Below, in pieces: positions 10,901-19,620 of a stretch of DNA of 64,000 bases. The stretch covers positions 2,336,001 to 2,400,000 of the forward strand of contig OZ253553.1 in NCBI GenBank assembly GCA_965262715.1, in the 5' to 3' direction. This DNA is from Bdellovibrionales bacterium (lineage in GTDB: Bacteria; Bdellovibrionota; Bdellovibrionia; Bdellovibrionales; JAUICD01). Positions within the stretch are counted from its first letter, which is position 1. The number at the start of each line of letters is the position of its first letter. The position numbers and the translations under genes were made by a program. The notes under the pieces were generated by a model that was not told where the DNA came from, did no database searches, and was given only the letters and a program-made list of their open reading frames with translations.

Positions 10901-12853
10901 ATCCATAAATCCTTATTAGGAGATTATAATGATAGAGAAGAAAATTTAAAAAACAAAACATTTATTTTTGGGAAATACCAAAATTTTATCCAACTTAATG
11001 AAGACCAGCAAAAAAGCTTTCGACATGCTTTATTCTTAAAAGGTGATCTTACTAGAGAAATGGCCATCAATGCTATTTCAAATAGAAATCGTGCTATTGT
11101 TAATGGAACACAAAGATATTTTGCTCAATGCATAGCAGATAAATTCTATCAAAAAGCTAAAAGTATTCAGAAAGAAAAAAAAATTAGCTTTGATTATTTT
11201 GAATACTCTAGTGAGTCTAATAGAGAAAAAAGTATTTATGAGTTAAGGAATTTTTATTTAGAATCATCACAAGAAGGCTCAGATCTGAAAAAAAATAACA
11301 AAGAAAGAGGTGCTAAACAAACGCCTTATTCTCATCTCTTAGATGCCCAGATGGCTTTTTTACTTGCCTGTGATGAACATAGGGATAATGGATCAATGGG
11401 AGTTTGCTTTGACTTCAATGAAGAAACATCTCGTCAAGGTATTGATATAAAAACAGGTGAAGTTTTACCACTTAAATACTTTTGTCAAACTAAGATTCCA
11501 GAAGAAGATATACAAGTTATTTCTATAGATCGCAAGAAATCGAATAATCGACCTCATCGTAGTTATACTCGTGATTCATTTTATGCTGATCATTATCTAC
11601 CACTTCTAATTAAAAAGGATAGTAAAAGAATTTCTATTAAAGTTGGATTTGATTGGCAAAATAGTATAGATTTAAAAATAAATGAGATACTAAAAAATAA
11701 AAATTCAAAGAAAAAATCTATTAATATAAAGCCAATTTTAAATTGTCTAAAACTTGCCAAAAGTAAAGATATCGCTAAATTTTATATAAATGAAGATGAT
11801 GAGCTTGAAGAAAACATAAACAGGTTATATCAATTATTAGAAAATAAATATGGAAAATCTAAATCTTTTTATTATATCTCTTGGGATAAATACAAAATTC
11901 ATAATTATTTTATTGAAAATTTTTCCAATACTAAATTTGTCAATCGTGAATCAAATGTTTGGTGGGATGATACAACTCAATTTTTTATGAATAAGCTACA
12001 TTATCGAACGGAAAGGAAAAATATCCTTGATAATAAAGAAAACAAAAAGAAAAATGATTTGTTTCCATTTTTCCAGGGAGATAAACAGTGTGAAATTAAA
12101 ACAAAAATAGGGAAACTTAAACTTCCTACCTTGAAAGATTGGAAAAGACTAAAAACAGATTGGATAAATTGTAAAAAAGAAAATATAAGTGAAGAATTAA
12201 AAAGTTTTATAGAAAAACACCTTATTTTTAAAAATCAAAAGTACTATCAACATCAAAAAACAAGAAAGGTTTTTTCTTTGCCAGTTGTAACTAAAGAAGG
12301 AAATACACTTCAAAAAAGAACATCTTGGAATAAGGAAAAGATTTTTCAAATCTGGAGTGATTCAGAATCAAGAGAGGATAACAATAAGTTTTCTAGGTTA
12401 GTATTTAATCGCTTCACAGAAGAATTAAAAGAAGTTGTCAATAAACCTTTTATTTCTAAAAAACAATTCAAGTTGGATCTAAAATCCGAAAAGTTTATTC
12501 TTAAGCAAGATAGTTATCAAAAGTTTAATCCTAATCATTGGTACGAGATCATAGTACCTGAAAATCTTAGAGAATGTATAGAGAGATTAGAATACCAGAT
12601 TGACAATGTGACTCGACCAAAAATCAAATTAACTCCTAAAAAAGAATTATCCACAAAAGATATTAATAAGATTAAAAGCGAATCCTTAACAAAAGCAAAA
12701 GATAACAATGAAGTTAAAAAATTAGATAAACTGAAAGAATCTTCTAGATCTATTGAATATACAGGCTCAGGATTTAACAAAGATGTAAGAGTAAAGCTTA
12801 TAGAAGCTATTAGAAATCAAAACAAATCGAATTGTAGTGTATATAAGCAATGA
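7919..12853 (+). CDS. cas9: Type II-B CRISPR effector Cas9 (Francisella/Legionella-like), 1644 aa
   Basis: RuvC-I SPIAIDLGAKNTG, Arg-rich bridge helix, RuvC-II IMEQN, HNH EIDHIIP...NDEANL, RuvC-III SHLLDA; followed by cas1-cas2-cas4. Confidence 0.97.
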   Translation: MSTKDKKLVSPIAIDLGAKNTGVYYAHYQAGTKLSAIKKEGEVLEWGKYTSLLKDRTANRHIRRNYQRRKLAKRLLYLILENYFQFPVKNHIQALGFFMNRRGFNRLEANYSEKLLNELPDGIWKLLPLKFKEKLDKGHLAESLENLANQKELKAIEDLKKSVEDKTKLIKKKTSYWKTLNQIDDAICNKLNGKEIIGNKKDKSFKISKWIIERAVQEGIKIEALIDEIQEPKKQEVDMLEFLKKNDDSKFLKDIQRSLPNNIEIKEQKKKLNNNEWNFDPWSFDLGKNEDCLGDPEYKDHVKLHLQHLCFAIYKIYDELSSGGRHRNSFFKEIKKDLENLGKSQITYLKDFGDAISNSPSLDIDKIFHLIAHISNLELKPLRVYFNDKTHLKSDQWDLKKISDIFKKWFSKQWRVSLSDGEKKKQEYKELKNLWTKHKKKDDVISFWIKACPSLTIPPYQDIKNRRPPRCQTLLLNQEYLDDKYSDWRKWIEQLIKYRENSFLKRYEDKLKELKSQKQKPQQKPLIKTNEIDLRKLQLLLDTSKALDAYKLNDIWSTYHQLHQIDRENNLGKKGLIKEYKEKINKSNLPEYFKKDLLLGIENLFEKESFGHFINKYYQTKRKARDGRYFLHQIKKNKWSDKDKLLKICIHKPRQKKYQLIYDLIAIFGIELDVFKNLIDWDDTVLIATNIKVLEKWLEIKLENFSKKCADAQKKYRGSLKYKIDIAIKQQKNGHLKHEDGELINLDKQAKKFSKEIAQKLWPDKSQKDQDQQAQRFESVFSFAQIYSVVFKDRNGFSKTCPVCSLDNSRRMEVLQDSFAYASRLSGLSIRLIDGAVMRICDRLGSYIVQKKWPIIKTALKQEQKVCIPLIMEQNHFAFEPTLNQIKGNKNSKKQDKQTDDRETNYNEKIGRIKKASKGICPYEGINLSNSMEIDHIIPQASKYGTLNDEANLIYASKLANSGKTDTQYSLSDIHKKYKIEIFGTDNNEEIKNYIHKSLLGDYNDREENLKNKTFIFGKYQNFIQLNEDQQKSFRHALFLKGDLTREMAINAISNRNRAIVNGTQRYFAQCIADKFYQKAKSIQKEKKISFDYFEYSSESNREKSIYELRNFYLESSQEGSDLKKNNKERGAKQTPYSHLLDAQMAFLLACDEHRDNGSMGVCFDFNEETSRQGIDIKTGEVLPLKYFCQTKIPEEDIQVISIDRKKSNNRPHRSYTRDSFYADHYLPLLIKKDSKRISIKVGFDWQNSIDLKINEILKNKNSKKKSINIKPILNCLKLAKSKDIAKFYINEDDELEENINRLYQLLENKYGKSKSFYYISWDKYKIHNYFIENFSNTKFVNRESNVWWDDTTQFFMNKLHYRTERKNILDNKENKKKNDLFPFFQGDKQCEIKTKIGKLKLPTLKDWKRLKTDWINCKKENISEELKSFIEKHLIFKNQKYYQHQKTRKVFSLPVVTKEGNTLQKRTSWNKEKIFQIWSDSESREDNNKFSRLVFNRFTEELKEVVNKPFISKKQFKLDLKSEKFILKQDSYQKFNPNHWYEIIVPENLRECIERLEYQIDNVTRPKIKLTPKKELSTKDINKIKSESLTKAKDNNEVKKLDKLKESSRSIEYTGSGFNKDVRVKLIEAIRNQNKSNCSVYKQ

Positions 12854-12922
12854 AAATTGTAATCTCTAACAAATTATTTTGATCGAAAGGTCAAAAATCA
12901 AACAAAAAAAGAGAGGTAAACT

Positions 12923-13125
12923 ATAAAAATTCATTTTGATGAAAAATTAGAGGCTGTTTTTATTTGACTCAATGATCGTAAAAAATTATTAATTTTCAAG
13001 AAGTAGAAAAAGGAGTTATACTTGATCTTGAAGGTGATGGTAAAATGATTGGTATTGGAACACTAAAATCTAAAGAACACATTTCCTTAAAGCAATTAAA
13101 AGAGTTAAAACTTCAAATTGTTTAA
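12923..13125 (+). pseudogene. DUF2283-like small gene remnant
   Basis: After GAGAGG SD: (ATA)KIHFDEKLEAVFI*LND, frameshift, then QEVEKGVILDLEGDGKMIGIGTLK...LQIV*; resembles the DUF2283 pattern. Confidence 0.6.
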
Positions 13126-13299
13126 AGTACTCACTTTGATTTTTCATTCCTGCTTTTCTCATAATAAAACAATATGAAGTATACCTGAAGTAAATTTAAA
13201 TCTTTTATAAAATCAACCTCTTTTTATCCGATAATCAATTATATATACGCTATAGATATTACATCCTTAATCAAAGAATAATAATATAAGGGCATTCAG

Positions 13300-14256
13300 A
13301 TGAAACATTTGACCATTAGCACATACGGCAGTTTTATAGGAGTTGAGGCCAATCGCTTGTTAGTGCGTGAAGGCGATCAGAAACGTCATTTTCCATTAAA
13401 TCGTTTATCCACAATCAACATTGCTAAACGTGGCGTGAGCTTTTCAAGTGATTTGATCGAAGCGTTAAGTTTGCGGGGGATTAAATTATTTTTCTTAGAT
13501 TTTCGTGGTGTTGCTCACTCTGCTATTATTGGGCAATCACAACATGGTGTAGTGGCTGTCCGTCAGGCACAGCAAGAGTTTTGTAAGTCAGAAGATATTA
13601 GCTTAGCCATTGAGATTGTGGTTGGAAAGATCAAAAATCAACGAGCTGTGCTTAACTATCTTGGCAAATATCACCATCATCCTGTCTTGCATTCTTCTGT
13701 TGAAACACTTCTATTGAATGCAGATAAAGCAAAACAAGCAAAGAGTATAGACACATTGCTTGGCTTTGAAGGAGCTAGTGCTTCTGCCTATTTTAAAGCA
13801 TTGAGTGAAGCTTGTTTCTTTTCTTCTACTTTTACACATCGAGAAGGCAGAGGTAGCCAAGAAATCAACAACTCCATGTTGAACTTAGGTTATGCAGTAC
13901 TTAGTAGCTATATATTAAATGCAATTATTAATGCTGGTTTAGAACCTTACCTTGGTGTGTTGCATAGTAAGCGACCTGGCAGGATGGCTTTGGTGTTGGA
14001 TTTAATGGAAGAGTACCGTGCATGGGTCGTTGACAGAGCTGTGATTAAGTTACGTCAACAGAGTGAAGGGAAATTGCATTTGGACACAAAGCTTAAAAAG
14101 GCATGTATCAAAGAGATTCAAAATACATGTTCTAAAAAATATTTGTATCGGAAAAAGAAGCTCAAATTGGAACATATCATTCAACGTCAAGTGTATCGAT
14201 TGTGTGGTTATTTTTATGGCGAGAAAAAGTACAAACCTTATTTATTCAAGTGGTAA
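13300..14256 (+). CDS. cas1: CRISPR-associated endonuclease Cas1
   Basis: LLGFEGASASAYF, NSMLNLGY, GLEPYLGVLH, LDLMEEYR motifs. Confidence 0.97.
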   Translation: MKHLTISTYGSFIGVEANRLLVREGDQKRHFPLNRLSTINIAKRGVSFSSDLIEALSLRGIKLFFLDFRGVAHSAIIGQSQHGVVAVRQAQQEFCKSEDISLAIEIVVGKIKNQRAVLNYLGKYHHHPVLHSSVETLLLNADKAKQAKSIDTLLGFEGASASAYFKALSEACFFSSTFTHREGRGSQEINNSMLNLGYAVLSSYILNAIINAGLEPYLGVLHSKRPGRMALVLDLMEEYRAWVVDRAVIKLRQQSEGKLHLDTKLKKACIKEIQNTCSKKYLYRKKKLKLEHIIQRQVYRLCGYFYGEKKYKPYLFKW

Positions 14257-14556
14257 GTGATGGATCGATTAAGACAAGAGTATTTAGTCAGTTATGATAT
14301 TGAAGACAATAAAGCTCGCACCCAATTATATAAGGAATTGTTGGGATTTGGATTGCGAGCTGTGCAGAAGTCAGTTTTTTGGGGATGTTTAACTATAGCT
14401 GAACTGCATGCCATAAAAAGAAGTTTGCAAAAATATTTAGATACTCAAGATAAAGGTTTTGTGATTCGTAGCAATTTTCATAGTAGAGGGCAGAGCTATT
14501 TTATAGGCCATGACAAAGAAGACTTTGAAGATTGGAGAGAAAGCGATGTCATTTAG
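14257..14556 (+). CDS. cas2: CRISPR-associated endoribonuclease Cas2
   Basis: YLVSYDI...VQKSVF motifs, directly after cas1. Confidence 0.96.
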   Translation: MMDRLRQEYLVSYDIEDNKARTQLYKELLGFGLRAVQKSVFWGCLTIAELHAIKRSLQKYLDTQDKGFVIRSNFHSRGQSYFIGHDKEDFEDWRESDVI

Positions 14557-15121
14557 TGTTCCTGTCAATTTGATCCGTCAATGGTGTTATTGTCCACGAG
14601 TTGTTTATTATATGGAGTTGACTGATACGCCAATTCATCGACCAATTTGGGTCAAACAGGGGGAAGACTTTCATCAGTTGGAAGAAAATCTTTGGGAGCG
14701 ACGCAATTTATCTCGCTTTGGATTACAACAAGGAAAGAAGCATTACAATCTTTCTATAAGAAATGATGATTTTGGATTACATGGCATTGCTGATATGGTG
14801 ATTGAAACTCAAGATGCTGTTTACCCTATTGAGTTCAAGTTGTCAGCTCGCAGTAAAAAACGCAGTGATATCTTACAGCTGGTAGCTTATGGCATGCTTG
14901 CAAAAAATTATTTTAAAAAACCTGTCTCTATAGGCTTTTTAGTTGGTAAAGGGAGGGTGTTGCACAAGATTTCTATTGATGAAGAAAAGTGCCAGCAGGT
15001 TATAGCAACTGCACAGAAAATTCGCACAATGTTACAAAATGGTCGAAAGCCAGAATCCAGTGCTTCCCTTGTGCAATGCAGTGCTTGTGAATATGTGAAT
15101 TTTTGTAATGACCGTTTGTGA
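14546..15121 (+). CDS. cas4: CRISPR-associated exonuclease Cas4
   Basis: YCPR, GIADMV...PIEFK, QLVAY, CSACEYVNFC Fe-S cysteines; start placed at ATG 14546 (ORF track gives 14510). Confidence 0.95.
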   Translation: MSFSVPVNLIRQWCYCPRVVYYMELTDTPIHRPIWVKQGEDFHQLEENLWERRNLSRFGLQQGKKHYNLSIRNDDFGLHGIADMVIETQDAVYPIEFKLSARSKKRSDILQLVAYGMLAKNYFKKPVSIGFLVGKGRVLHKISIDEEKCQQVIATAQKIRTMLQNGRKPESSASLVQCSACEYVNFCNDRL

Positions 15122-15137
15122 TTTGTGGTGTAGTAAA

Positions 15138-15261
15138 TAAAAAAACCGCTAAGAAAGCGGTTTTTTATCCCTTACTATGAAGGGCAGACGTGCATAATGC
15201 AGAGGTCTGTTCAAAATACTTTTAGATGATTACAGATCATCAGTAATGGTTATATAATGAG
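15138..15261 (-). ncRNA. tracrRNA (type II-B)
   Basis: Minus strand CTCATTATATAACCATTACTGATGATCTGTAATC is an anti-repeat. It is followed by ATCTAAAAGTATTTTGAACAGACCTCTG...CACGTCTG, closely resembling the F. novicida tracrRNA as recalled, and ends in the terminator. Candidate promoter TTGAAA-17-TATCCT at 15288-15260. Confidence 0.9.
15139..15166. terminator. Bidirectional intrinsic terminator (cas operon / tracrRNA)
   Basis: A-run, CCGCT-AAGAA-AGCGG, T-run. Confidence 0.85.
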
Positions 15262-15391
15262 GATATCACGTAAGATGCTATTTTTCAATACCTTTCGCAA
15301 AAAAGGTTGGTTTTTTAACAAGCAACCCATTTGCGAAAAAATATCTATTCCAACCTACGTAACCACTTGTTTTAACAAGTAAAAATTTGAG
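15262..15391. promoter_or_regulatory. Probable CRISPR leader (acquisition end) and tracrRNA promoter region
   Basis: AT-rich gap between tracrRNA and first repeat; palindromes TTCGCAAA...TTTGCGAA and ACTTGTT-TT-AACAAGT. Confidence 0.5.
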
Positions 15392-16507
15392 CTCTCATTA
15401 TTATAACCCATTACCTAGAAACTGAAACTTATTGATAAGTGCCACTCTTTCGGCCGCCTTCATCTCTCATTATTATAACCCATTACCTAGAAACTGAAAC
15501 TAGTAGCAAGATCTTCATGTGTGGGGTACTAATCCACTCTCATTATTATAACCCATTACCTAGAAACTGAAACAATTCACATAAACCAGAGTTTCTAACA
15601 TCTTCCCTCTCTCATTATTATAACCCATTACCTAGAAACTGAAACTACCTCTCAAGTATCCAGCAACAGCCCCTATACCCTCTCATTATTATAACCCATT
15701 ACCTAGAAACTGAAACGTTTACCTGTATTATGATAATATCCACTATTATAACTCTCATTATTATAACCCATTACCTAGAAACTGAAACGACCTTAGAACA
15801 AAATCACTACCAGATTCAATAGCTCTCATTATTATAACCCATTACCTAGAAACTGAAACCTCTCGAATTGAGCAAATAAGATTGCGTTGTTTACCCTCTC
15901 ATTATTATAACCCATTACCTAGAAACTGAAACAATTCACATAAACCAGATTCTCTGACATCTTCCCTGCCTCTCATTATTATAACCCATTACCTAGAAAC
16001 TGAAACCTAGCCATAGTAAGAAAATCAGGACTGCTTGATTCCTCTCATTATTATAACCCATTACCTAGAAACTGAAACATTCCTACGGTTGGAGCAATAC
16101 CTCTTTTATTTTCCTCTCATTATTATAACCCATTACCTAGAAACTGAAACTAAGTATATATATGTTTGTACAGAACTAATTAAAGCTCTCATTATTATAA
16201 CCCATTACCTAGAAACTGAAACTAAAAATAGACTCTTTTTCATCATCTTCTTTTGCTCTCATTATTATAACCCATTACCTAGAAACTGAAACCTCTCTAT
16301 ATACACCAAGTGCATCTATGTCTTTCCTCTCATTATTATAACCCATTACCTAGAAACTGAAACCAGCCATACTATAAACAAGCTAATACACTTACTCACT
16401 CTCATTATTATAACCCATTACCTAGAAACTGAAACTCTAGATCCGCTCCCGACTAGGGGGTTTTTCTCCCCTCTCATTATTATAACCCATTACCTAGAAA
16501 CTGAAAC
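15392..16507 (-). CRISPR. CRISPR array: 16 identical 37-bp repeats, 15 spacers of 33-37 bp
   Basis: Plus-strand repeat CTCTCATTATTATAACCCATTACCTAGAAACTGAAAC; crRNA sense GTTTCAGTTTCTAGGTAATGGGTTATAATAATGAGAG inferred from tracrRNA complementarity and the II-B GTTTCAGT start. Confidence 0.98.
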
Positions 16508-16551
16508 GCTTTATAAAATTCTTTACGGCTTGGGAGGTAAAATTATTGATA

Positions 16552-18726
16552 TTAAAGCATTTGTAGTGGATCTATATCAAAATCAACGGTAACCTTATGT
16601 TGATTTCTTTTATTACTATTTTCTTTTTTGTGATTTTCTTTAACTGAAGCGTCTTTTACAAATGCAAGATCAATTTGCACTTTTTGTTTTTTTGATGAAG
16701 AAGGATTTTTTGGGGAAAAATTATTTTGATTATTTATAAATTCTCTTGAACCAACAGAAGTTAATTGATCTGAGGAGATGTTGATAATAGAATCAATGTG
16801 AGATTTAAGGTAATGGCAAAACTCTGAGAGCCATGGACTTTTTGAGCTTTTAATAAGTATTTGATAACGATATTGACCTTTAACCTTACTTATTGGAGCA
16901 GGAGCTGGTCCCAAGATATCAATATATTTTTCTTTACTTTCCTTTGCTTGTTTTCTAGCAAAGTTGGAGATTTTAATAAGGACAGACTCTACTTTTTCAA
17001 TGGAACTTCCTCGGACGCGGATGAGGGCCATACGGTAAAAGGGAGGATAATAAAGTTTTTTGCGTATATTTAATTCTCTTTGGGCAAAGGCTTCATATTG
17101 ATGTTTAATGGCTTCTTGAATGACAAGATTTTTATGGTTAAATGTTTGTATGACAACCTCTCCTTTGGTGTCATGTCGACCTGCTCGACCTGCTACTTGT
17201 ACTAAAAGTTGAAATGTCTTTTCTGAAGCGCGAAAATCAGGTAAATTTAAACTCATATCTGCTGAAACCACTCCTACCAATGTTAAATGTTTAAAATCTA
17301 ATCCTTTTGCGATCATTTGTGTTCCAACTAAAATATCAACTTGTTTGGAAGAAACTTGATCTATAAAAGACTGCATGTCTTTTCTATTTGATATTTGGTC
17401 TCTATCTGCTCTTAAGATTTTTTTGTCATGAAATAGCACTTCTAGATCTTTTTGAATACCAGCAGTGCCTATGCCTATATTTTTCATAGTATCTGTATGG
17501 CATGTTTTACATTGAATTTCATAATTTTTGTGATAATTGCAGTAATGGCAAACAAGATGCACTTGATGATGTACAGTCAAAGATACAGAACAATTTGGAC
17601 ACATAGCGCATTCTCCACATTGGGTGCAGATAATGGTTTGTGCATCTCCTCGTCTGTTTAAAAAAATAGCGATCTGGTTTCCAAAACTCAAATGTTCTTT
17701 TATCTTATCATAAAGTGTTTGACTTAACCAAAACGGCAGACTTAATTTTTTCTGAGAACTATGTGCCATATTCTCTATAGTCACTTGAGGTAAGCTTGCA
17801 GAGCCAAATCGTTTAGAGAGTTGATGAAGTTGATATTTACCTTGCATGGCATTATGCCATGTTTCTAAACTAGGCGTTGCAGAACCTAAAACAATGGGAC
17901 AATTATGCAGCTTTGCCAACATAACAGACGCATCTCTTGCGTTATAATGGAGTCTTTCCCATTGTTTAAAACTGCTTTCATGTTCTTCATCGACTATGAT
18001 CAATCCTAAATTTTTCATAGGGCAAAAAATAGCAGATCTTGCTCCAATTAAAACTGATTGCTTTTTATCAATTATATTCCACCATTGATTTGTTTTTTCT
18101 CGATTTGTTAAATCGCTATGGAGAATAGCTGTTTTTTGTCCAAATTTTCTAATAAATCTTTCTATAATTTGAGGTGTTAATGAGATTTCTGGCACCATCA
18201 TTAACACCTGTTTTTGTTGTTCAATGACTTTTTCTATAAGGCTAAAGTAAACTTCTGTCTTTCCAGATCCTGTGATGCCATGAATAAGATGAGTTTGAAA
18301 TCCTTTTTGTTGAATAATTTTTTTAAAAATAGCTCTTTGTTCTTCTGTTAATATAAAAGAAGCCTGTTTTATGTTTTGTGGTAATATAGATTTTTTTTTA
18401 TTAGTGCTTTTTTTTAAAGGAGGGAACGTGGGTTTAAATATCTGTCCAATAGGATATACATAGTATTGCGCAAGCCATTCAATCCATTTTAAGTAAGGCT
18501 CTGGTAGTTTAGGTCTGTCATCTACAATAGATATAATATGTTTGTATTTTGGGACTTTTTTCAAGTGTGGCTTAGAAGGACCTAATATCACACCTAAAAC
18601 TTTTCTAGATCCTAATGGCACTAGAACAGAAAAGCCTCTTTCTAATTCTATGCTATCTGGGTTTTTTAAATAAGCTAGTGGTTTTGTTAGGGGAGCTTCA
18701 ACGGCAACATTCCATAATTCCTTCAT
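16552..18726 (-). CDS. priA: Primosomal protein N' helicase
   Basis: GITGSGKTEVY, DEEHESSFKQ, Zn-finger CxxC pairs, GTQMIAKGLDF, QVAGRAGR. Confidence 0.96.
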   Translation of the reverse strand: MKELWNVAVEAPLTKPLAYLKNPDSIELERGFSVLVPLGSRKVLGVILGPSKPHLKKVPKYKHIISIVDDRPKLPEPYLKWIEWLAQYYVYPIGQIFKPTFPPLKKSTNKKKSILPQNIKQASFILTEEQRAIFKKIIQQKGFQTHLIHGITGSGKTEVYFSLIEKVIEQQKQVLMMVPEISLTPQIIERFIRKFGQKTAILHSDLTNREKTNQWWNIIDKKQSVLIGARSAIFCPMKNLGLIIVDEEHESSFKQWERLHYNARDASVMLAKLHNCPIVLGSATPSLETWHNAMQGKYQLHQLSKRFGSASLPQVTIENMAHSSQKKLSLPFWLSQTLYDKIKEHLSFGNQIAIFLNRRGDAQTIICTQCGECAMCPNCSVSLTVHHQVHLVCHYCNYHKNYEIQCKTCHTDTMKNIGIGTAGIQKDLEVLFHDKKILRADRDQISNRKDMQSFIDQVSSKQVDILVGTQMIAKGLDFKHLTLVGVVSADMSLNLPDFRASEKTFQLLVQVAGRAGRHDTKGEVVIQTFNHKNLVIQEAIKHQYEAFAQRELNIRKKLYYPPFYRMALIRVRGSSIEKVESVLIKISNFARKQAKESKEKYIDILGPAPAPISKVKGQYRYQILIKSSKSPWLSEFCHYLKSHIDSIINISSDQLTSVGSREFINNQNNFSPKNPSSSKKQKVQIDLAFVKDASVKENHKKENSNKRNQHKVTVDFDIDPLQML

Positions 18727-19607
18727 CGAAACCTCGAATAGAAGTCTCTAATTAAAGAAGAAGTTTCACTTTCACCCCATTGAGTTGTGTTTTTTTGAGA
18801 TTTACGAAAATTTTGGAGAGAAAGCTTTTGTTGTAATTTTTTATTATCTGATAACCTGCTTATATTGATTGTTTTAATTGGAATAGAGGTGTCCTCATAG
18901 ATAAGAACTCTATGTTGAGGGAATTTTAAATATCCAACATGTTCAATATATCTACTAGCTAGAACTTCTACAGATGTTTTAAGTTTTATTTTCCTGATAA
19001 CAAATTTATCTTGTTCAATCCATAGCCCAGGACCTTTTGCATTTTTTTGATATGCGTACATGACTTGTCCTTGGTTAATGGAAAGATTTATAGGCATTTG
19101 AACATGGCTTAGACTTTTTTTGTTTTCTTCAAACTTTGTTTTAGAAGAGGATACAAATAAAGAAGGATTCCAGTTAAGTGTTGAAGCTTCTGCCATTTTA
19201 TGATTTAAGATAGTATTTTGTAATTTTTGTAGTGATCTTCCTATAAACCAAGGTTCAATGAACTCTAATGACCATTTATTTTTCTTTAAAGATTTTTTAT
19301 TATCTTTATGATAGACTCTGTTATTGGTATAAAGACGTTCGATATGCAACCCTTCGGATGTGGCTAAAAGATGTAATTGTAAATCTTGGTTTTTATTAAC
19401 AGTTATATACCATGTCTCAAGGACAACTTTTTGTGTTTTCTCTATAGGAAATGTTAATTCTTGTTGGATTAAATAATTGGATCTGCCATGATTTTTTAAG
19501 ACTTCTTTAAGAATAAAATCAGAACTAGGTATATATGACAAGGCTTCTGTAATTATAAAAAATGCTAAAATTACAGGGATAGAAGCTTTAATAGCTTGTT
19601 TGGTCAT
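18723..19607 (-). CDS. Hypothetical exported protein
   Basis: 294-aa ORF with signal-peptide-like N-terminus, coupled between galU and priA. Confidence 0.7.
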   Translation of the reverse strand: MTKQAIKASIPVILAFFIITEALSYIPSSDFILKEVLKNHGRSNYLIQQELTFPIEKTQKVVLETWYITVNKNQDLQLHLLATSEGLHIERLYTNNRVYHKDNKKSLKKNKWSLEFIEPWFIGRSLQKLQNTILNHKMAEASTLNWNPSLFVSSSKTKFEENKKSLSHVQMPINLSINQGQVMYAYQKNAKGPGLWIEQDKFVIRKIKLKTSVEVLASRYIEHVGYLKFPQHRVLIYEDTSIPIKTINISRLSDNKKLQQKLSLQNFRKSQKNTTQWGESETSSLIRDFYSRFR

Positions 19608-19620
19608 ATTTTGTTTTCCT

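Noticed and set aside
16035..16289. 84-aa ORF with repeated LIIITHYLETET
   Set aside because: Translation through CRISPR repeats
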